Positions 1-6,553 of a stretch of DNA of 64,000 nt are shown here, piece after piece. The notes under the pieces are model-generated. The model saw only the letters and a list, made by a program, of their open reading frames with translations. It made no database searches and had not been told where the DNA came from. The translations under genes and the position numbers were made by a program. Positions within the stretch are counted from its first letter, which is position 1, and every line of letters begins with the position of its first letter. The stretch is from NCBI GenBank assembly GCA_021772535.1, contig JAJFLV010000114.1:22-64021 (forward strand), written 5' to 3'. Origin of the DNA: Opitutales bacterium (GTDB taxonomy: Bacteria > Verrucomicrobiota > Verrucomicrobiia > Opitutales > UBA2987).

Positions 1-191
1 AACCCGAGCAGAGGGTTTGACGAAGCGAAGCGTAGATGGGCCATGCGCTCTAGAGCATGGGTCCGCAGGACTTGAACGAAGTTCAACCAATCCCTCTCTC
101 TCCGCCATTCGCGGAGCGAATGTTATGCCGGTATTAGATATCGAAGAGTTCATCGCTGGTAGGCAAACGCCAAGCGAATCCGTTTAAATAT

Positions 192-216
192 TGGTGGAGG
201 TGGCGGGAGTCGAACC
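192..216. repeat. Distal att site: 25-bp direct repeat identical to the 3' end of the tmRNA gene
   Basis: TGGTGGAGGTGGCGGGAGTCGAACC at 192-216 is identical to 14094-14118. The sequences diverge immediately outside the repeat on both sides. Confidence 0.85.
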
Positions 217-374
217 TGTGTTTAATAAGGTCTATAAGTCTTTGTTTATTATGTAATTATCTAACTATATTCAATTTACATCTATTCGTTATGTTGCACG
301 TTAAGGCACAATAATGCAGAGTAAACGCTGTAAATTGGCAACCTAAAGACAATCGGCTGAATCGTTTGTGTATA

Positions 375-983
375 TTACGATTTTTGCCGTAAAGTATTTT
401 CGATTTTAGATATCATGTCGGCGATTTTCTTTAGGCTCTGAGTGCCATCCGGGTAGTGTATTGCGCTTTGTTCAAACACCCCGATGTTTACGTTGAAAAA
501 GTCTTCGTATTTCCTGCCACGGCCATTCCTATAACTGATAGTGATCTTGAATTCTTTTGGTGATTTGACCTGATTCTCATCTCCCGAAAGGACCTTAAAA
601 GAGGTTCCTAGGTAGAATGAAATCTTGAATCCGGGAGCCATACTAGGCATTCCATCTCGGAAGATGGGTAGCTCGCTAAACTTACTTTCATTCTTTACTA
701 CACCTCCAATATAAATCTCCTTATCCAGTTTGAGAGATACATCGTATGCGACGCTTTTTCCTAAATTTGTAATCTGTAATTCAAATGATTGGGAGCCCAT
801 TGGTGTATAGGCGTGAGCAAGAACGTAAGGGCGAGTGCTTTCTTCGATCTGCCGCTCCATCACCTTCACCGCCTTTTGATTTGCAATGAGAATACGGTGC
901 GTAATGAAAGCATAAATCGCCGTGATTAAAGCAAGTGTTGCAGTGAGATAGTCGATATTATCCAGTTTAATTAAGGATTCCAT
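375..983 (-). CDS. Hypothetical membrane-anchored protein, partner of the adjacent HEPN protein
   Basis: 202-aa ORF. It has one N-terminal hydrophobic helix (LTATLALITAIYAFITHRILI) followed by a ~160-aa soluble region with no motif I recognise. It is co-oriented with, and about 80 bp downstream of, the HEPN gene. Confidence 0.6.
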   Translation of the reverse strand: MESLIKLDNIDYLTATLALITAIYAFITHRILIANQKAVKVMERQIEESTRPYVLAHAYTPMGSQSFELQITNLGKSVAYDVSLKLDKEIYIGGVVKNESKFSELPIFRDGMPSMAPGFKISFYLGTSFKVLSGDENQVKSPKEFKITISYRNGRGRKYEDFFNVNIGVFEQSAIHYPDGTQSLKKIADMISKIENTLRQKS

Positions 984-1064
984 TTTTTAGTCGATGAAAA
1001 ATTAACTTATTCTATGTCGGTTGCTAAGTCAATTCGATTGAACCTCATTGGTCTGGAGATTTAA

Positions 1065-1547
1065 TCAACCGCCTTCTAGGAATAATTCAGGCATGAACAG
1101 TGGAGCAAAAAAGTCCGCGTGCATATTCCAGAACCCAGCAACAATCTCTTCACACAGTTTTCCAATATTGTTGGGATCAAGTTTTGGTTCCCCCGGTTTA
1201 ACTTGATGTTCCCTAAATAGCTTTAGGTGTTCATTGGTAATTGAAAATTCAACATTATGAGCAGCTTCGTTTCGTCTTTTTCTAAACCAATCTAGATATT
1301 TTAATTCCCAGTCTCCTATGATACCTACTTCATGCAATAAAGTGATCTTAATGGAATGAGTAAAATCGCGGTTCGATTTCTTAATTTTATTCTTATTCTT
1401 ACACTTGTGAATCGCTAATTGATTGACAAACAACTCAAGGTAACAATTGGCAACTATGATTTGGAAGCGGGTAGTTCCACTTTCTGACGGAAGTTCCGTA
1501 AAAAACTTAGTAACGATTTTTGAGGGAAGTGACTTTGGCATAGGCAC
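1065..1547 (-). CDS. HEPN-domain protein (DUF4145-like), putative RNase toxin
   Basis: 160 aa. It carries the R-x4-H HEPN signature within WFRKRRNEAAHN. It lies 28 bp downstream of the serine recombinase gene on the same strand. Confidence 0.6.
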   Translation of the reverse strand: MPMPKSLPSKIVTKFFTELPSESGTTRFQIIVANCYLELFVNQLAIHKCKNKNKIKKSNRDFTHSIKITLLHEVGIIGDWELKYLDWFRKRRNEAAHNVEFSITNEHLKLFREHQVKPGEPKLDPNNIGKLCEEIVAGFWNMHADFFAPLFMPELFLEGG

Positions 1548-1575
1548 AAATGTATATTGATTTAGCAGAAATATT

Positions 1576-2163
1576 TTATCCCGCCTTCGTCAGCTTGCCG
1601 ACTGAGGAAACTGGTAAACGCAATTCTGAGGCGATGGCGCGGATGCTTTTGCCCTTTTTCCGGAGGGCCAGGACTTTCTTGCGATGCTGGGCAAGCTTTC
1701 CGGGTCTGCCGAGCTTGACCCCCTTGGCTCTGGCGGCACTCAGACCGTCCATGACACGCTCCTGAATGATTTCACGCTCGAACTCCGCCACTGCCATAAG
1801 AACGCTCATTTGAAGCTTTCCAGCCGGGTTGCTCTCGCTGGTATCGATCCCCTGGGAAGTGCAAATAAGGGCAGCTCCATGATTCGTTAATTGCTGAATG
1901 AAATAGGCAAGCTGTGTTAGCGACCGGCCCAGGCGGTCCAGCTTGTAAACCACTACTGCATCGATCCCGCCCTCTCGCACGTCTTTAAGCATCTGGTCAA
2001 GGGCTGGCCGTGTCAGCCTGGCACCGCTGATTTTATCCTCATAGGGTTGCACATCTTTCCAACCGCGCCTTTTGCAATATTCCTTAACGGCCTTTACCTG
2101 GCTGTCTGTATTCTGGCTTCCGGTCGAAACCCTCAAATAAATGGCTATTTTCTTCATTTTCAT
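1576..2163 (-). CDS. Small serine recombinase (resolvase/invertase family)
   Basis: 195 aa. The N-terminus IAIYLRVSTGSQNTDSQ contains the catalytic-Ser motif, followed by a VVYKLDRLGRS box and a C-terminal HTH (KSIRAIASELRLPVSSV). Confidence 0.9.
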   Translation of the reverse strand: MKMKKIAIYLRVSTGSQNTDSQVKAVKEYCKRRGWKDVQPYEDKISGARLTRPALDQMLKDVREGGIDAVVVYKLDRLGRSLTQLAYFIQQLTNHGAALICTSQGIDTSESNPAGKLQMSVLMAVAEFEREIIQERVMDGLSAARAKGVKLGRPGKLAQHRKKVLALRKKGKSIRAIASELRLPVSSVGKLTKAG

Positions 2164-2252
2164 GGTGTCTATAAATCCCCCCCTGTTTTCGTCTAAATAG
2201 ACACCGCTTAAACACTGGGTTTGCCAGTGTCAATATTAATGTCTATAAATCT
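2164..2252. promoter_or_regulatory. res-like recombinase binding sites overlapping the recombinase promoter region
   Basis: GGTGTCTAT at 2164-2172 has an inverted copy at 2197-2205. The 12-mer TGTCTATAAATC occurs at 2166-2177 and again at 2240-2251. All copies lie directly upstream of the recombinase start codon. Confidence 0.5.
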
Positions 2253-2318
2253 ATAGTTTTTTGGACAGGTGAAAATGAATTTATTGCCAAACATGCCTTT
2301 TCCTGTATTTTTCCCCTT

Positions 2319-2738
2319 ATGTCTAATACCGAAATTAAACCCGGCTTATATATCGTAAAAAGACCAGCCCAAGGTAGTGGGAAAAATCTTCCAGTTGGAA
2401 TTCATTATGGTTTGGTTGATATTGGCAACGTGTTGGAGTATCCGGGAATAGATGGAAATTCCCTCATCGTATTGCACAAGAATCAAAAGGGAATTCAGGT
2501 GGAGGGAGTGAAGAAAAGTGATAATTGGACACTCATCTCGCGGGTAAATGATCTGGAAGGTGCAAAACAACGCCTCCGTGAAGCAAACAATAATCCGCAC
2601 TACAGTTTGTTCGGGAACAATTGTGAGCACTTCACCAATTATATAGCTAAGGGGGAAAATATTAGTGTCCAAGCGAGTGCTATTCGGGCTGGACTTGTAA
2701 TTGGCACCCTTGTTTTTCTATCCTATGCCTGGAAGTAG
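2319..2738 (+). CDS. LRAT/PLAAT-like NlpC/P60-superfamily protein with a C-terminal membrane anchor
   Basis: 139 aa. It has a His box (GIHYGLVD), the NCEHF catalytic-Cys motif typical of the LRAT family, and a C-terminal hydrophobic helix (GLVIGTLVFLSYAW). Confidence 0.65.
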   Translation: MSNTEIKPGLYIVKRPAQGSGKNLPVGIHYGLVDIGNVLEYPGIDGNSLIVLHKNQKGIQVEGVKKSDNWTLISRVNDLEGAKQRLREANNNPHYSLFGNNCEHFTNYIAKGENISVQASAIRAGLVIGTLVFLSYAWK

Positions 2739-2814
2739 TCTGATCCCCACAGAAAAGTCATAAGAAACAATTGATTTAGGGATAAGCAATAACATCAACA
2801 GAAAGTAACCGCCC

Positions 2815-3138
2815 ATGACAGATACAGACATTCGCAAATATAGACTTCAAAGCTTTGGAGGAATGAAGGGCATGAGATTCCGAGGTCGAGCAGACGCAGT
2901 AATCGAGCTTGGAATCTCTGAAGTTGATAGGTTTTTAGATATGCTTAAAGACCTGGAAAAAAATAGCTGGAAACCTGATACTGAGGTCATTAACGCTTTT
3001 AATACGATTTTAGAAAAATATAATAGCGAAGATTCTCCAATTTTTTTCATCGAAGCAGAAGTCCCAATAGCCGTAAATGAAGTCATTTTCACTCCCGTAA
3101 TTGATGAAATAAAGTTAGAGGATGTAAAGGATGACTAA
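2815..3138 (+). CDS. Small acidic hypothetical protein, possible partner or immunity protein for the LRAT-like gene
   Basis: 107-aa ORF, 76 bp downstream of the LRAT-like gene on the same strand. It is rich in Asp/Glu and has no recognisable motif. Confidence 0.45.
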   Translation: MTDTDIRKYRLQSFGGMKGMRFRGRADAVIELGISEVDRFLDMLKDLEKNSWKPDTEVINAFNTILEKYNSEDSPIFFIEAEVPIAVNEVIFTPVIDEIKLEDVKDD

Positions 3139-3325
3139 TCTTACGGTCAAAGTTCTCTAACGCTGTTTATAAACTCTAACGTATTAGCAATAAATTGTGT
3201 CGTTATTATGTCTTTTCTCATTAATCATAACGCTTTTATATAAATTAGAAACGTTGTTTATCAATGATTTACATAGAATTAGACATAATCCACGTTGTGC
3301 GTGAAAAAATGAGGTTGTTTTTTGT

Positions 3326-3634
3326 CTAACGTCTGCGTCTTTTGTCGCTTTCGCTTACGGATTTACAGGCTGTCTCAAGGCTCTGATCGAGTAAGACAGC
3401 GTTGATGGACGCCCGGACTGCTGTTGTCTTTGTGGCGGTGAATCCGCGCTTTCTCAGATAGTCAACGATTTCCACTAGCCGGGCGTGTTCATCTTCATTA
3501 AACCTTATCGTAAATCTCTTATTATCGGAAACCGGCTCGGCCCCCTCAAGGGCTTTAGAGCGGCGTTTGTCGCTCAAGGTCCGGGCATAGTCAAGGGCAT
3601 GGCCCAGGCGGTCTGGTTTATCAGTGGTTTTCAT
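3326..3634 (-). CDS. Ribbon-helix-helix (CopG/MobC-like) DNA-binding protein
   Basis: 102 aa. The segment KRFTIRFNEDEHARLVEIVDYLRKRG resembles an RHH beta-strand plus helix. The C-terminus is basic. Confidence 0.45.
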   Translation of the reverse strand: MKTTDKPDRLGHALDYARTLSDKRRSKALEGAEPVSDNKRFTIRFNEDEHARLVEIVDYLRKRGFTATKTTAVRASINAVLLDQSLETACKSVSESDKRRRR

Positions 3635-3727
3635 GGTTTGGATTATCAGTTAATTGCGGATCGATCTCAAGGGAAATCGGTAAACCTCCCTATCTTGACC
3701 AGCGGATTTCATTCACTCTCTTTTTGG

Positions 3728-4477
3728 TTAATAATTGAAATCGATCTCTGGTTCCCCGGTCAGGTAAGCTATCACCTTGCCTCTGCGAAAACTATAAGGT
3801 TTTTGATGCCGCCGGATTGGACTCAATTTCCCTTTTCTTACAATGGCATTAAGAAAGCCCTCACTGGACTTATAGCCCAAAACCGCCGCCACTTCGTGTG
3901 TTTCCCATACAGTCAACTTCCCTTCCATTAGGGCCTCGACATCGACATTTTTGGGAGATGGCCTTCTACCTCTGGATCGTGTGTTTGTTTCTTTTTTACC
4001 TGATTCAAGGGACCGTATCGATCCCGGAATGCTTGCGGTGCTCTCCTTATCATCTCGTTGAATTTCAGGGATGGCTTTTTCAAGGGTTTCTAAAGCCTCA
4101 AATATAGTTCTCCCCTCAGTGAGATCACAAGGGAAATTCGGGATATCGGCAGTCCACTTGCTTTTGCCCAAATTCCAGAGAATGCGGATTTCAAAGTCTA
4201 TTAAATTGTTAAACTTCATAGATTGCAGGGAGGTCATATCGATATTCAGATCACAAGGCAAATCGGCGGTGGTCTGCGCCTTCCCTGGCGGCTTTGGTTG
4301 GGTTGAGGGGCATTCTGGACACTCGCGGGCAGGTAAAAGCATCCTGGGAAGGAAACAGGGCCGCCCTCCTGGGCGGTTTGATTGGAGAGCGGCCCTGCCT
4401 GTGGTTTCATTCAATTCAGTCTCGACCTTTCCATTTCCATGCGGCTTATCCTGCGAAAACCCTCCATGTGGCCACAC
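3728..4477 (-). CDS. Hypothetical protein with a C-terminal excisionase/MerR-type HTH
   Basis: The C-terminal LTVWETHEVAAVLGYKSSEGFLNAIVRKGKLSP...FRRGKVIAYL resembles an HTH_17/excisionase fold. The annotated start overlaps the upstream gene by 67 bp, so the true start is probably an internal Met. Confidence 0.5.
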   Translation of the reverse strand: MWPHGGFSQDKPHGNGKVETELNETTGRAALQSNRPGGRPCFLPRMLLPARECPECPSTQPKPPGKAQTTADLPCDLNIDMTSLQSMKFNNLIDFEIRILWNLGKSKWTADIPNFPCDLTEGRTIFEALETLEKAIPEIQRDDKESTASIPGSIRSLESGKKETNTRSRGRRPSPKNVDVEALMEGKLTVWETHEVAAVLGYKSSEGFLNAIVRKGKLSPIRRHQKPYSFRRGKVIAYLTGEPEIDFNY

Positions 4478-4758
4478 TCCTTGCGGATATAGTCAGTCAT
4501 TTCGATTTCGCGGTAGGCTTCGATTATAGCGGGCTCCCAACGCACAAACTGACTGGCCAACCAGCGAGCAAACCGGGCCTGGCAATCAGGATCCGATAGC
4601 AGGTCAACCAAGTGAGGGCAAACCGCCCCCGGTATGGTAAAACTTCCAACCGCGCAATTGTCTGCCTGGTTTCCCTTAATCGATATCAACCGCAATAGCT
4701 CAGGCGGTGTTGGGGTTGGCTCTGTGGCCCCCTGAGTGGCTTTAATGGCTCCGTTCAT
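4411..4758 (-). CDS. Hypothetical protein, paralogous N-terminus with 4755-5003
   Basis: 115 aa. Its N-terminus MNGAIKATQGA matches MTGASEATQGA of the neighbouring gene. An ATGA start/stop overlap links it to the upstream gene. Confidence 0.5.
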   Translation of the reverse strand: MNGAIKATQGATEPTPTPPELLRLISIKGNQADNCAVGSFTIPGAVCPHLVDLLSDPDCQARFARWLASQFVRWEPAIIEAYREIEMTDYIRKECGHMEGFRRISRMEMERSRLN

Positions 4759-5003
4759 GGTAGCACCTCCTTTCCGGGCTCAGCATACTCAGCCTCAAGG
4801 TCCAGGAAGAATTTCAGCAACCGGCGGTTGACTAGCTCTGAGCCCGGTTTATCGGATATGAAGCTACAGAGACGGGGGAATGCTTCGCTGGGAAGCAAGA
4901 CATTTCCTCCCAGGGTGTCACCAGCTCCATAGACCGAGACATGACTGGGCAATTCAAGTAAGGAAGTGTTGGCCCCCTGAGTGGCTTCACTGGCCCCGGT
5001 CAT
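4755..5003 (-). CDS. Hypothetical protein, paralogous N-terminus with 4411-4758
   Basis: 82 aa. It has ATGA overlaps at both ends (5000-5003 and 4755-4758). The N-terminal peptide is conserved at both DNA and protein level. Confidence 0.5.
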   Translation of the reverse strand: MTGASEATQGANTSLLELPSHVSVYGAGDTLGGNVLLPSEAFPRLCSFISDKPGSELVNRRLLKFFLDLEAEYAEPGKEVLP

Positions 5004-5401
5004 GGTTTCACCTTCCTTCCTGCCTTTGGCTTCTTTGCTTTCGTTTTTGGCTTGGTCCCGGCTTTTGACACATCGGCCCGGATCAGGCGGGCGAGATAGG
5101 TTTGCAATTTCTCCCCCTGGCTCTCGGCACGGGAGAGGGCAATATTACTGATTTCACTTTCCATCCGCACATCCGACGTTTCCGGAGTCCAGGAAGCGGG
5201 CCTTTCATCGAAATACTGCACGATTTCATACAGTATCTTGCCTAAAAAGGCTTTGTATTTCTCATGGTCTCCCCTGCTGTCGTTGAAGGCGTATTGGATC
5301 AGGCCAACGGCCGCTTCCTGCGGTTTCGAGCGCATCTCATACGCCATTGCTTCGATGTATTCTAAATCACCCTCTTTCAGGGTGAGCGTGATCGTCTGCA
5401 T
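5000..5401 (-). CDS. Hypothetical protein, possible RHH N-terminus with a Lys-rich tail
   Basis: 133 aa. The N-terminus MQTITLTLKEGDLEYIEAMA is RHH-like. The C-terminus is KPKTKAKKPKAGRKVKP. Confidence 0.5.
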   Translation of the reverse strand: MQTITLTLKEGDLEYIEAMAYEMRSKPQEAAVGLIQYAFNDSRGDHEKYKAFLGKILYEIVQYFDERPASWTPETSDVRMESEISNIALSRAESQGEKLQTYLARLIRADVSKAGTKPKTKAKKPKAGRKVKP

Positions 5402-5608
5402 GTTAATGGTCTTTCTAACAAGTTACACCCCGCCCATCCGTGGTTGAAACCGCATAGAGAAGGCGGCCCGGCGAACCGGCACGAACAAGCGAGGTGCAAA
5501 TTGGTAGGTTTCTCTATTTTTTACTTGATGCTGGGCATTCTCCGGGACTTTCAACGGACCCGGTAAAAGACAGCATACCCCGCCCAGCGAACCATGCAAG
5601 CCGGAAAA

Positions 5609-5708
5609 GCAGAAAGTTGCGGAAATTGCCTTAGAACGGTTTCGAGGGTATCCAGTGTGCCACTCACGGCTCAATCGCCACGAATAGACCCCGTAGCGCG
5701 CGCCCGGC
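5609..5708. repeat. Copy B of a diverged ~100-bp direct repeat in a minus-strand leader region
   Basis: It shares ordered blocks with 6334-6432: G-GAAAGTTGC, ATTGCC, ACGGTTT-GAGGGTATC and ACCCC-TAGCG. Confidence 0.6.
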
Positions 5709-5744
5709 AGTGCAATTTAAGCCCACGCCATTACGACGATTAAG

Positions 5745-6266
5745 TTACTGCTTTGAAAAGATTTCAGGGAGTGGATATTCTTTGCCTCGCCAAAGCTTCG
5801 TCCCAATAGTTTCTAAATCGTCGATTATTTTATTCCTAAGTTGCCAGACATTAATCCTGAAAGTTCCGTCTGGAGCTAGGGTAACAGGCTTTTGTTGGGG
5901 TTTGGAATGCAGTTGATAAGGAATTGAGGGCTTCATCATAGAGCCATGTAGGAGGCTATTACGGAAAATCATCCAAAAATCCGACGCACTATTTTCATTC
6001 AGTTCCAGATACTTGCCAAGTGCTTTTAAAAGTTTCGATCCCTCCGAAAACGTTGCCTTAGAATTTCCCTGCGTATCCGTCCGATACCTTAAAATCTTTT
6101 CAAGTAGAGATAGGCAAAGGATGAGGGCTATAAATCCATCGTCTCCCTTCATTTTCATTAGGGGAGCAATGAACCACCTGTCGATCCGTTCTACGGATGA
6201 CAAATTCTTGGATATCACGCGGTTTGTTCCTGCAAAAATTCCGGTTTCGTTGAGGTGCTCTGTCAT
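5745..6266 (-). CDS. Second HEPN-like protein (R-x4-H motif)
   Basis: 173 aa. The motif FRNSLLHG fits the RN-x3-H HEPN signature. The gene is solitary and lies between the two copies of the ~100-bp repeat. Confidence 0.5.
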   Translation of the reverse strand: MTEHLNETGIFAGTNRVISKNLSSVERIDRWFIAPLMKMKGDDGFIALILCLSLLEKILRYRTDTQGNSKATFSEGSKLLKALGKYLELNENSASDFWMIFRNSLLHGSMMKPSIPYQLHSKPQQKPVTLAPDGTFRINVWQLRNKIIDDLETIGTKLWRGKEYPLPEIFSKQ

Positions 6267-6333
6267 TTTTTGGCCAACTAGCTTTTAGCAACAATAGAAA
6301 TCCAATCACAAGATTCAAGGATTATCCTGACAA

Positions 6334-6432
6334 GCGGAAAGTTGCAAAAAATTGCCCCAAGACGGTTTAGAGGGTATCTGGATACCTGTTACACCGCAAT
6401 CCCAACAATTTAACCCCATAGCGTGGGCCTGG
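6334..6432. repeat. Copy A of the diverged ~100-bp direct repeat
   Basis: See 5609-5708. It lies between the tape-measure stop codon and the start of the HEPN-like gene. Confidence 0.6.
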
Positions 6433-6553
6433 TACGGGTCCAGGCCGGATTACCTCAACGATAACCCAACCCAGAAATCCGCGCCGGCCTTTGGTTTCAT
6501 CCCGTCATTTCGCATATCGTCGCAATGAATATAACGTTTCCCTGAACAAACGG

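Noticed and set aside
1-191. The native flank beyond the island contains several small hairpins (CCATGC...GCATGG near 41-60, TTGAAC-GAA-GTTCAA at 72-86, overlapping CTCCGC/GCGGAG and CATTCG/CGAATG stems at 100-122) and a ...CTCTCTCCGCCA stretch reminiscent of a tRNA 3' end. Frames also run open off the left edge on both strands (plus frame 2 to 187; minus strand from ATG at about 153).
   Set aside because: No cloverleaf can be built. The T-arm candidates lack complementary stems and there is no matching acceptor strand. The open frames are short, of odd composition and present on both strands, so none can be supported as a gene or RNA from this fragment alone.
5423-5674. 83-aa minus-strand ORF between genes 5000-5401 and 5745-6266.
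   Set aside because: It overlaps copy B of the ~100-bp repeat. It has an unusual Cys/Gly/Arg-rich composition and no equivalent ORF in copy A, so it is probably non-coding leader DNA.
6334-6432. Possible sigma-54 (GG-N10-GC) promoter in the repeat (minus strand TGGGGCAATTTTTTGCAA).
   Set aside because: The GG-N10-GC spacing is met only in copy A. Copy B (AAGGCAATTTCCGCAA) has 8-nt spacing, so the feature is not conserved between the two copies.
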